This document shows, piece after piece, positions 9,773-18,263 of a stretch of DNA of 64,000 bases (position 1 is its first letter; the number at the start of each line of letters is the position of its first letter). Under the pieces are notes generated by a model. It was not told the DNA's origin and did no database searches. It saw nothing but the letters and a program-made list of their open reading frames with translations. A program made the translations under genes and the position numbers. The DNA is taken from assembly GCA_041687695.1 (NCBI GenBank), contig JAWLBL010000024.1:1-64000 (forward strand), written 5' to 3'. This DNA comes from Myxococcota bacterium. GTDB lineage: Bacteria > Myxococcota_A > UBA9042 > PHBI01 > JAWLBL01.

Positions 9773-10551
9773 GCGTCGCGACGTTCCGAGAGCTGGCCCG
9801 GGCCGCGCCCGGCCGTCTCGCTGACCTCGAACCCAAGGCTCGCGGTCTGGTCGAGCTCGCGCGTTGGGGGCTGCCCGTTCCGGACGGGCTGCTCGTATGG
9901 CCGGACGGAGACGTCGTGGAGGTCGCCCGCCGCGCGGTGGACGTGTTCCGGAGTCAGCTCCCGGCCCCTTTGGGCACCCTACACGAGGGGCGCCCCGTCG
10001 CTGCGACCGTGCGCTTCGCCTGCAAGCGGCACCGTCCCGACCTGCCTCCGAGCTTCCTCGCGCTCGGCGCGACGGCCCCTCACGACCAGGACCGCGACCT
10101 GCGGCTCGCGCGCTTGGAGGCCGACCTGCCCGGCGCCCTGAAGCTGCGTGAGCTGCCTCCGGAGGCCGGCGTGCGGAGCGCAGTGACCCTCGCGCTCGCA
10201 TGGTGTCGGCGGCGCGGGGAGGCGTCTCCCGTCGTGGTGCAGCGAATGGTGTTTGGACGCGGCGCCGGCTCGGCCGCCGGGATGGCCTACACCCGCCCCC
10301 CCGAGGTCGGCTTGCCCGCCCCCTATGGGCGCTTCCGCCTCGACGCCGAGGGCTGGCGCTATGCTGAGTCCGGGCCCGAGGACAAGCGGGACCTCGGCGA
10401 GCTGGCCGAAGCCCTGCCGGAGGCCGCCGCCGCGTTGCTGGAGCTCCTGGACGCCCTCCATACGGCGGCGGGACAAACCCGCTACGTCGAGTTCGTGGTC
10501 GACCGCGGTCGGGTCTTTCTCGTTCAGAACACCCGAGGACGGCTCCCATGA
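9769..10551 (+). CDS. PPDK/PEP-synthase N-terminal (ATP-grasp) domain protein lacking the His-swivel domain
   Basis: KARGL...GLPVPDG, VVVQRMVFG, GMAYTR and VEFVVD...FLVQ; GTGA overlap. Confidence 0.68.
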   Translation: MSVATFRELARAAPGRLADLEPKARGLVELARWGLPVPDGLLVWPDGDVVEVARRAVDVFRSQLPAPLGTLHEGRPVAATVRFACKRHRPDLPPSFLALGATAPHDQDRDLRLARLEADLPGALKLRELPPEAGVRSAVTLALAWCRRRGEASPVVVQRMVFGRGAGSAAGMAYTRPPEVGLPAPYGRFRLDAEGWRYAESGPEDKRDLGELAEALPEAAAALLELLDALHTAAGQTRYVEFVVDRGRVFLVQNTRGRLP

Positions 10552-11621
10552 GTCTGGTCGAAGCGCTGGAGGCTTCGGCCGTGGCCCCACACCCGCTGCG
10601 CCTGCGGGACTGGCGAGGGGAGGTGCGCCTCGGCGGAGCCCGTCCACTGGTCGCGGCGGTGCGCGAGGCGTGCTGGCCCCATGTGCAGGTCGACCCGCAG
10701 GTGGCTCTGGGGACGGGGCCACTGTGGCCATCCGTGCGCCTCCACCTGGGCCTCGATCCGCTGCCGTGCCCCGAGCTTGGGGAGCCGGTGGTCTTCGCCT
10801 GCTCCACGGTGCGGGTCTTGCGTGGACACCGCGGACATGTGGGGGCGTGGACCGTGGTCCACAACCCGACGAGCGGGGCGCTCCTCGCGCGACGCGGCGA
10901 CCAGCTGATGGTGCGCCCTACGCGCCCGACGCCGCCCGAGTCCCTGACCGCCGACGCCACGAGCCTGCTGCGCCTGCTGACCCGACGACGGGACGAAGCC
11001 GCGGGAGCGCGGCTCTTGCACGGCGCCTGCGTGTGCCCGACGGGGGGCGACGCGGTCCTGCTGTGCGGGAGCAAGGGTGGAGGCAAGTCGACCCTCATGG
11101 CCGCGCTCCTGAAGGCCGGCGCGAGCTACGTCGCGGGCGATCGAACCCTGATCCGGCTGGCGGTCGACGGCGACGGCGACGGCGACGGGGCGCGCCTCGA
11201 GGTGACCGGCTTCGTCGATCCGGTCCGACTCGGGCCGCTCGCCCTCGAGCACCTCGGCCTGCATGCCGATGTGGGCTTGGCGCTGCCCGGCAAGCGAGCC
11301 CTGAGCGCTCGCGCCCTGTGCGCCGCCACGGGTGCCGGTGGTCGCCCGAAGGCCCGCCTCCAGGCCATCATCCACTCGGCCTGGCGCCCCGATGCGCCAG
11401 CTCGCGCCCAGCGTTGTCGCGTCCGGGACCTTCCTGAGCTGGAGGACTTCACGCATCGCGATCCAACCTACTTCGACTGGCTCCAGGCGGACTCTCCTCG
11501 ACCAGCTCCTGGCCCTGTCCATGACGCGCTGGCCTCGCTGCCCGCCCTGGCCCTCAGCGGTGCCTACTCCCTGGACTCAGCCACCCGTGAGATCCTCGCA
11601 TGGTGGGGGACCCTGACATGA
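10548..11621 (+). CDS. HPr kinase-like P-loop kinase
   Basis: LHGACV, LLCGSKGGGKSTL and YVAGDRTLI. Confidence 0.72.
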   Translation: MSLVEALEASAVAPHPLRLRDWRGEVRLGGARPLVAAVREACWPHVQVDPQVALGTGPLWPSVRLHLGLDPLPCPELGEPVVFACSTVRVLRGHRGHVGAWTVVHNPTSGALLARRGDQLMVRPTRPTPPESLTADATSLLRLLTRRRDEAAGARLLHGACVCPTGGDAVLLCGSKGGGKSTLMAALLKAGASYVAGDRTLIRLAVDGDGDGDGARLEVTGFVDPVRLGPLALEHLGLHADVGLALPGKRALSARALCAATGAGGRPKARLQAIIHSAWRPDAPARAQRCRVRDLPELEDFTHRDPTYFDWLQADSPRPAPGPVHDALASLPALALSGAYSLDSATREILAWWGTLT

Positions 11622-11628
11622 GGACGCC

Positions 11629-12747
11629 ATGAGCACGCTAATCGTTCTTCGGGGCCCGCCGGCCTGCGGCAAGACCACCGTGGCCCATCTCCTCCGGGAG
11701 CGCCTCGCCCCGGCCATCCGCCTGAGCGTCGACGCCTTGCGTTACTTGGGGCTGCCGCGCGTTCTCACGCCCGAGGACCTTCGAGCCGCCGAGGCTGGCG
11801 CCGTGGACCTGGCGCTCCGAGAGCTCGGCCGAGGTCGTACGGCCATCGTGGACAGCGTGTTCGACGACCCCCTGACCGTCATGGAGGTGCGGATCCGGGT
11901 GGAGGCCGCCGGCCACCGCGTCTTCGTCGTGACCCTGCGCGCCGACGTCGAGGAGGCGGTGGCGCGCAACGCGGCGCGCGGCCCCCTCGACGCGATGGAC
12001 GCGGAGCGCCTGCGGGAGGTCCACACCGACTTCCCAGACGTCCCCGGCCTGGTCCTTGGCACCAGCGAGCGCCTCCCAGAGGAGGTCGCCGATGCCATCG
12101 TAGGCGCGCTTCCCCGCGGACCGTCGCCGGCGCCCTCGGATGCGGCCGTGCTCTTCGTCCGCCACGCGCAAGCCGCCTCGCCCCGCGATCGCTACCCCGA
12201 CCACGCCCGCCTCGGCCTGAGCGACGTCGGCCGGGCTCAGGCCCGCGCGGCGCGTGCGGCCGTCGCGGCTTTCGGGCCCACCCGCGTCGTCTGCTCCCCG
12301 CTCCTCCGCGCCACCCAGACGGCGGATGTCCTCGTCGGCGCTGGAGCCTACGAGGTCGACCCGCGCGTGAGCGAGCGCGTCTTCCCGGCCCTCGCCGATC
12401 TGAGCTGGGCTTCGATAGCCTCCCGCCACGGCGATGTCTTCGTCGACCGACTCCGCCGGTCTCCGGACGAGATCTCCATGGCCGACTGCCAGCCGGTCGA
12501 GCTCTGGCAGCGCGGCTGTGTGGCGGCCATCGAGGAGGCCATGGACACCCCAGAGCCGGCGCGGCTGCTGGTGGTCTCTCACGGCGGCCCTCACGGTTGG
12601 TGGGTGAGTCACCTCCTGGGCATGCCGCTCAGCGCGCAGCGGCGGATCTACTTGGCCAAAGCCCACGGCACCCTGGTACGCTGGACGGACCCACCGACCC
12701 TCGCGGCCATGAACCTCTCGCTCCACGAACCCTGGGGGCTACCATGA
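11629..12747 (+). CDS. P-loop nucleotide/small-molecule kinase fused to a histidine phosphatase
   Basis: N-terminal GPPACGKTT; C-terminal FVRHA, SPLLRATQTA and VVSHGG. Confidence 0.82.
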   Translation: MSTLIVLRGPPACGKTTVAHLLRERLAPAIRLSVDALRYLGLPRVLTPEDLRAAEAGAVDLALRELGRGRTAIVDSVFDDPLTVMEVRIRVEAAGHRVFVVTLRADVEEAVARNAARGPLDAMDAERLREVHTDFPDVPGLVLGTSERLPEEVADAIVGALPRGPSPAPSDAAVLFVRHAQAASPRDRYPDHARLGLSDVGRAQARAARAAVAAFGPTRVVCSPLLRATQTADVLVGAGAYEVDPRVSERVFPALADLSWASIASRHGDVFVDRLRRSPDEISMADCQPVELWQRGCVAAIEEAMDTPEPARLLVVSHGGPHGWWVSHLLGMPLSAQRRIYLAKAHGTLVRWTDPPTLAAMNLSLHEPWGLP

Positions 12748-13538
12748 ACACCGAGCGCCGTGACGGCACCGCCGTGAGCGCGGACGCGCACCTCGAGGCG
12801 ATCCTCTACGACTGGGAGTGTCGGCAATTCCTGAGACGACAGCTCGGGGACGTGCGCTTCTACAAGCGCCACGCCCAGGGACGGGTCTTGGAGCTCGCCT
12901 GCGGCACGGGGCGTGTCACCGAGGCCCTCCTGGATGCAGGCCACCCCGTGACCGCCCTCGACGTTCACTCGGGCATGCTCGCTCAGGCTCGCAAACGTCT
13001 CGGTGAGCGGGCGTCGCTGGTCGAGGCGGACATGCGCCAATTCGAACTGGCCTCCCAGTTCGACACCGTGGTCATCGCGTACAACAGCTTCCAGCTCCTC
13101 CACTCGCTGTCCGATCAGGAGGCCTGCCTCCGGCGCATCCGGGAGCACCTCGTCCCGGGCGGGCGGCTCCTCTTCGAGGTCACCCCCTTCCTCCTCCGCG
13201 ATCCGCCATCGGACTGGTCGCATCGTGCCACCGCCCATTTGCACGCGGATCCGACGATCGCGGGCGACGGGACCGTCGTGTCCGCCTGGGAACGATGCCG
13301 CACCCGCCCCTCTGCCCAACTCAACCACTTCGACGTCCGCTACGAGCTCTTCGGGACCGACGGGACGCGCCTGGAGCTGCATCACACCCTCACTCTGCGC
13401 ACGATCTTTCGTTTCGAACTCGAGTTGTTGCTGACGGCCTGTGGCTTCGCGGTCGAGCGGATCGACGGCGATTACGACGGCACACCCCTCGAAGCATGCG
13501 AAGACGAAGGGATGGTCGTCTCCGCGCGCACCACCTGA
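12744..13538 (+). CDS. Class I SAM-dependent methyltransferase
   Basis: LYDW...DVRFY, VLELACGTGR, ADMRQF, HLVPGGRL. Confidence 0.88.
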   Translation: MNTERRDGTAVSADAHLEAILYDWECRQFLRRQLGDVRFYKRHAQGRVLELACGTGRVTEALLDAGHPVTALDVHSGMLAQARKRLGERASLVEADMRQFELASQFDTVVIAYNSFQLLHSLSDQEACLRRIREHLVPGGRLLFEVTPFLLRDPPSDWSHRATAHLHADPTIAGDGTVVSAWERCRTRPSAQLNHFDVRYELFGTDGTRLELHHTLTLRTIFRFELELLLTACGFAVERIDGDYDGTPLEACEDEGMVVSARTT

Positions 13539-13548
13539 GGGCCTGCGC

Positions 13549-15198
13549 GTGTGTGGCTTCGCGGGGGTCCTGGGAGAGCCGGCCGAGGACGCTGCCTCGG
13601 TGTGGCGCACCCTGGAGCGCCGCGGTGTGCCCGACGGGAGTTGGACCTGCGGTCGCTTTCGAGGCTGGCAGTCCCGGCTCGCCATCGTGGCGCCCGAGGA
13701 GGGGCGCCTCCCGGTTTCGTGGACCCTGTCGCCCGACCACCACATCGTCCTTTTTGGAGCCGGCCAGATCCACAACCATCTCGCCCTTCGGCGCCTGCTG
13801 TCAGCCGCCGACCGCGCGCGCGCCCCCAGCAGCGATCTGGCCCTGGTGGGGCTCCTGTGGGCCCGGTTCGGCTTGCAGGGGCTCCGGCTGCTCCGGGGGC
13901 CCTATTCGGCGGCCATCTGGGAGCAGCGGGAGGGTCGACGGCGCCTGTGGCTGTGCCGCGACCGTCTGGGACGTCGTCCTCTGTTCGTCGCGCGATCGCC
14001 TGGTCGCCTCGCCTTCGCGACGAGCATCGCGACCCTGAAGTGTCTCCACCCCGTCGGAGCTCCCTGTCCAGACCGTGTCCTGCAGTTTCTGGGCGCTGGC
14101 ACCACCTGCGCCGATGGTGCCGTTCACCGCGACATCGAGAGCGTGCCGCCCGGGGGCGTCTGGGGCTTCGACCTCGACGGAGGCTGCGTCATGCAGGCCC
14201 GGCTCCCCCCTCCCGCGCTCACGGGGCTGCCCCTCGGAGCGGTGCTCGCGGCCGCGATGGAGCGCATTCGCCTCGCCGACACGCCCCCAGTCCTGGCGCT
14301 GTCGGGTGGCGTGGACTCCTCCTGGATGGCCCTCCGTCTGGCGCGACACGGGCCCGTGAACGCCATCACCTTGGTGCGCCCGGGCGTCTCGGATCCAGCA
14401 TCGTCGCGGTCGGCGCAGGTGGCACGGACACTGGGGCTCCGGAGCGCCGTCGTGTCCTGGGAGCCTCCTCCGGCCGCTCGGGCGCTCGCCTGCCTCTCCG
14501 AGCGCGTGGATCGTCCCGCCTCCACCCCGGCCGTTCTACACAATGACGCGCTGCACGCAGCCGTCCCTGGCCGCCTGCTCCTCGGCGGTCACGGCGCGGA
14601 CGAGGTCCTGGGCGGCTACGGCCGCTACGTCGCCTTCGCCACCGGCCAGCCTCCGGCGTGGTCGCGAGCCGAGCTGGCCTTGCGTGTGTGCCCCGAGTTC
14701 GTGCGCGGCCGGAGAGCGCTCGCAGACTGGATCGCCGCCTCCTCGTCTTCCGAGCGCCTCGCGCGCTGGTGGGACCTGACCCTCTTGCAGGCTTGGGACA
14801 ACTTCCACCTGCCCGACGAAAATGGCCTCCACCACGGAGTGGAGGTCCGGTCTCCGTTCCTGGACCTGGACGTGGTGCGAAGCGGACTGTCGGAGCCGAC
14901 CTCACACAAGGAGGTCCTGCGCGCCGAGCTCCGCAGCGTGCTCCCCTCCGAGCTCGTCGACGCTCCCAAGTCGGGGTTCGACACCCCGTTCGACTATGCG
15001 GCGTGGCTCATCAGCGAGTGGCCGGATCTTCGACGCGCCTGGCTCGGTTCAGAAGCCGAGACACTCGTCCCGCGCCATCTGCGCGCCCTGCTGCAGGACG
15101 CCGAGGCGCCGCGCTTGGCGCCTCTCCTTGCATGGCGCGCCGTGGCGCTGAGCGCGCACCTTCAGAGCCATCGACGCCCCCAGATCCTCGGCCAGTGA
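13549..15198 (+). CDS. Asparagine synthase (AsnB)-like glutamine amidotransferase
   Basis: GTG start gives MCGFAG (Ntn Cys2); [28 protein letters not shown] and EVRSPFLD. Confidence 0.85.
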   Translation: MCGFAGVLGEPAEDAASVWRTLERRGVPDGSWTCGRFRGWQSRLAIVAPEEGRLPVSWTLSPDHHIVLFGAGQIHNHLALRRLLSAADRARAPSSDLALVGLLWARFGLQGLRLLRGPYSAAIWEQREGRRRLWLCRDRLGRRPLFVARSPGRLAFATSIATLKCLHPVGAPCPDRVLQFLGAGTTCADGAVHRDIESVPPGGVWGFDLDGGCVMQARLPPPALTGLPLGAVLAAAMERIRLADTPPVLALSGGVDSSWMALRLARHGPVNAITLVRPGVSDPASSRSAQVARTLGLRSAVVSWEPPPAARALACLSERVDRPASTPAVLHNDALHAAVPGRLLLGGHGADEVLGGYGRYVAFATGQPPAWSRAELALRVCPEFVRGRRALADWIAASSSSERLARWWDLTLLQAWDNFHLPDENGLHHGVEVRSPFLDLDVVRSGLSEPTSHKEVLRAELRSVLPSELVDAPKSGFDTPFDYAAWLISEWPDLRRAWLGSEAETLVPRHLRALLQDAEAPRLAPLLAWRAVALSAHLQSHRRPQILGQ

Positions 15199-16238
15199 TC
15201 GCCGAGATCATTGGGTCCCAGATCCGCACCGGGCAGCGGCTCGGCCATGGCCTCTACGTGGGCCGCCAGGGGGGCTGATAGGGGCACCCCGAGCGAGGGC
15301 AGGCGACGCAAGACGTAAGCGGCACCGGCGGACAAGCCGAGCTCGATGACGATCTCCAGGGCGCGGGCGTGTTCGGCAGGGGAGGCGGTCGCGACCAGCG
15401 CGGCTACGTCGGCGCATTGATGCGCGCCTCGCCCGAAGCGCTGCACACCCTCCCAGTAGAGCTTGTAGACGGCCAGCGCGATCGACCAGCTTCGGTCGGC
15501 CAGGCAGAGGCCGTCGAGGCGGACCGCGTCGCGCAGCAGGCGCCGCGTGGACACGGCGGGGTTGATTCCGTGGTGCGCGTCCACCACGAGGAAGAGGACG
15601 GCGCGGCCCGATCGGACCGTCCAGGGGAGGCTGCAAACGGCCGCGACTCGGCTCACGAGATCGACGGACACGCGCTGAGGCGAGAGCTCCACGGGGCGGA
15701 CCAGGTAGCCGAGCTCGTAGTGCTCGGCCTCGACCAGGCGCCGACGCTCGAGATCGGGGCGCACGAACTCGCGCATCCGGGGGTTCCAGTCCGCGGCGCT
15801 GTAGCCGGCTTCCAAGAGCAGGCGCTCGGCCCGTTCGAGCTCTTCGGGCCAAACGGCGAGATCGAGATCCCGACCCACGCGGCGCAGGCCCGTCCAGCGC
15901 CGCACGGCGCTCCCCTTCATCCAGGCGTGTCGGATCCCTTCTTCGTCGAGGCGCGCTCCGAGGCGGCCGAGCTCGTCGTCCTGCAAGCGGGCCGTCAGCT
16001 CGGCAAGGTCCGCCAGATCACGGGCCAGGCGGAGCTGTGGCCGCTCCCCATCACATCGGTCCGAGGAGGGGCCGAGCAGATGGGGCGCGACCTGCCAGAG
16101 CTCGATGGCCAGACGGTCGAGGCCGCTGGGGACGCCATCGCCGCGGCTCTCGGCGCGAGGTCCGAGCCAGGGCGCGAGGTCGACTAGCGCCGCGAGGCTG
16201 CGACGTCCGGCGTCGTCATTCACGGCCTGATGCGTCAC
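15162..16238 (-). CDS. Nucleotidyltransferase family protein (NTP_transf_5-like)
   Basis: WMKGSA...RVGRDLDLAV motif; 3' end overlaps the asnB-like gene convergently. Confidence 0.72.
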   Translation of the reverse strand: MTHQAVNDDAGRRSLAALVDLAPWLGPRAESRGDGVPSGLDRLAIELWQVAPHLLGPSSDRCDGERPQLRLARDLADLAELTARLQDDELGRLGARLDEEGIRHAWMKGSAVRRWTGLRRVGRDLDLAVWPEELERAERLLLEAGYSAADWNPRMREFVRPDLERRRLVEAEHYELGYLVRPVELSPQRVSVDLVSRVAAVCSLPWTVRSGRAVLFLVVDAHHGINPAVSTRRLLRDAVRLDGLCLADRSWSIALAVYKLYWEGVQRFGRGAHQCADVAALVATASPAEHARALEIVIELGLSAGAAYVLRRLPSLGVPLSAPLAAHVEAMAEPLPGADLGPNDLGDHWPRIWGRRWL

Positions 16239-16773
16239 TCGAGGGCGACCGGACCCGACCAGACACGGGGCCCTCGGTCGTCACAGGGCGGAGCGCGTCG
16301 ACCCGAGCGGACACGGGCCCGTCGGTCGCGACCACACCCGACACCGGAATGGGCGAGGCCGACAGCGGGCCGAGGTGTCGGACCAGGGCCGCCGCGACGG
16401 CCTCGACGTCCGCGTCCGTGAGGGTCCGGTTGCCGCGGAGGACGGGAGTGCCGGGCGAGGCGGCGGCCACCGAAGGAATGGGAGAGGCCGAGACGGCCGG
16501 GATCGGGGAAGCCGAGACCATGGGGGTAGGCGAGGCCGACAAGCCGCCGCGGCCAAAGCGCCGAGCGGGCGCGGTGCGCCCCGTGCTCAGCCGGCTGGCG
16601 ACGAGATCGGCCAGGATCTCGAGCTGGCTCCGGCGGGACATGCCGAGCCTGCGTGCGACGGCGCTGGCGACATGATCGGCCAGGAAGTCCATGTCTGGGG
16701 ACTTGGGAGTGGGCGAGGCGCTGCTCTCAGCGAGGGCGAGACGGAGGAGCTCCTGGAGGTCACGACGAGGCAT
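16216..16773 (-). CDS. Small repeat protein with five SASP(I/T)P motifs; candidate precursor or acceptor peptide
   Basis: ATG 16773 with AAGGA RBS; overlaps both neighbouring genes; the amino-acid repeats use different synonymous codons. Confidence 0.7.
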   Translation of the reverse strand: MPRRDLQELLRLALAESSASPTPKSPDMDFLADHVASAVARRLGMSRRSQLEILADLVASRLSTGRTAPARRFGRGGLSASPTPMVSASPIPAVSASPIPSVAAASPGTPVLRGNRTLTDADVEAVAAALVRHLGPLSASPIPVSGVVATDGPVSARVDALRPVTTEGPVSGRVRSPSSDASGRE

Positions 16774-17893
16774 GGCGAGTCCTTGTGTCGGTGAGGGTGG
16801 CGTTTCGGACGATGAGTTCGGCAACCGAGTCCTGGCCCGGCTCCGTCCAGCGATGCCGGACGAAGGCGCCGAGGCCGGGAAGGGGGTCCTCCTGCGTCTT
16901 CAGCAGGCCCCGCAGCCTGTCTCCCAGGACGTCGGAGTAGGGCCCCAGGCAGGCCCGCAGCGCGGCCTCGACGGCCGCGACGCCGATCGCTTCGGGGAGC
17001 CCGGCAGGGATCCGAAGCGAGGGATGGATGGCGCTCAAGGGAACCAGGCAGCCGGGCGGGAGCACGTCGCGGTAGCGCTCGAGGATGAGGGCCTGGCTGT
17101 AGTTCTGCGGCGGTAGGAAGCGCGGAGGGACGCCCATGGACAGGGCCTCCACGGTCGTGGTGATCCCAGGGGCCGTGATGAGCCGCTCGCAGCGGGCGAG
17201 GCGTCTGACGAACTCGTCGTGCGGCAGATGCCCGATCTGCACGTTCGGGTAGTCGTCGCGCAAGGCCGCGCTGAGCGCCGCGTTCGTGCAGACGAGGACG
17301 GAGCCGTAGCGGGTCGTCGCTTCGGGCAACAACGCCTCGAGCACGAGACGCGCATAGCGCAGGTAGAGATCACCATGCACGAAGGGGTTGGCCAACCCCG
17401 ACAGGTTGATGAGCAGCTCCCCGGACCGCGGGCCTCGGGCGACACCCTGGGCGGCATCGATCGGAGGCACCGCCCGCCGATTGCTGCCGAACTCGACCTC
17501 GCGGTCGAGGAGGAAGTCCTGGACGAATACAGCCTGGGCGTTGTCGATGCCGGGGGGCGGCGCGTGCCACATCCAGTCGAGGCTGTCCACGACGTACAAC
17601 GGCGGATCGACGACCGGGTTCCAGTCGGCGGCGACCGACATGTTGAGGACGCTGACCACTGCGGTCGCATCGGCCGCGGTACGGCGTAGTCGCGCCCGGC
17701 CCAGGTCGGTGTCCACCGCCAGCTCGTGAATCTCGTCGAAGACGTGGGCGCGTCGTGCAAAATCGAGGGCGATGCCGTCACCGTAGAACGCCAGGACGGC
17801 TTCGTGACATCGGCGCTGCAGGGCCCGTGCGATGGTCACCGCCTTCGACACGGGACCGAAGCCGAACGATGTGGACAGAAACACGAACCTCAT
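16760..17893 (-). CDS. Cytosylglucuronate (CGA) synthase-related glycosyltransferase, BlsD/MilC-like
   Basis: GT-B-like FGFGPVSK, VDSLDWMW and APGITTTVEA...LPPQNYSQ; same cluster as the BlsM- and BlsE-like genes. Confidence 0.72.
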   Translation of the reverse strand: MRFVFLSTSFGFGPVSKAVTIARALQRRCHEAVLAFYGDGIALDFARRAHVFDEIHELAVDTDLGRARLRRTAADATAVVSVLNMSVAADWNPVVDPPLYVVDSLDWMWHAPPPGIDNAQAVFVQDFLLDREVEFGSNRRAVPPIDAAQGVARGPRSGELLINLSGLANPFVHGDLYLRYARLVLEALLPEATTRYGSVLVCTNAALSAALRDDYPNVQIGHLPHDEFVRRLARCERLITAPGITTTVEALSMGVPPRFLPPQNYSQALILERYRDVLPPGCLVPLSAIHPSLRIPAGLPEAIGVAAVEAALRACLGPYSDVLGDRLRGLLKTQEDPLPGLGAFVRHRWTEPGQDSVAELIVRNATLTDTRTRHASS

Positions 17894-18263
17894 GGTGCGT
17901 GCAGCCTAGCGTAGGTCGTCCTGCAAGGAAACCGGATCGCGGTCGATTGTGTGATGCAGTGAAGGAGTGCCAGCTGCGCTGACCTGACGGTGGGCTCGAT
18001 GGCTTCATTGGCGGCCGTCAGCGTTGGAGACGATCACCCAGCGCTCCCGCGCCTCGACCTGGTCCTCGCCTGGCCCGACACGAGCCGTTCGTGTCCGCGA
18101 CCGCGATGGAGGCGATGGCGTCGGTTGGCGCGCTCTGGCCCGGTTTTCGGGCGTCGAGCGCCCTGGCGCGCGAGTTCTGGGCGCCGCAGGATCAAGCGGT
18201 GACCATCGAGGAGGGACGACGTTGCGCGAGGGCGGCCTGTCGGCGTAGTGGCGCTGAGCGGTC

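Noticed and set aside
13549..16773. Lasso peptide cluster (AsnB-like + kinase + NTase + small ORF)
   Set aside because: No recognisable B peptidase or RRE; the AsnB-like protein keeps the glutaminase Cys2; the small ORF lacks a lasso leader/core pattern
17894..18263. Small ORFs upstream of the CGA synthase-like gene as extra precursors
   Set aside because: No convincing RBS, motif or coding pattern; treated as promoter/boundary sequence
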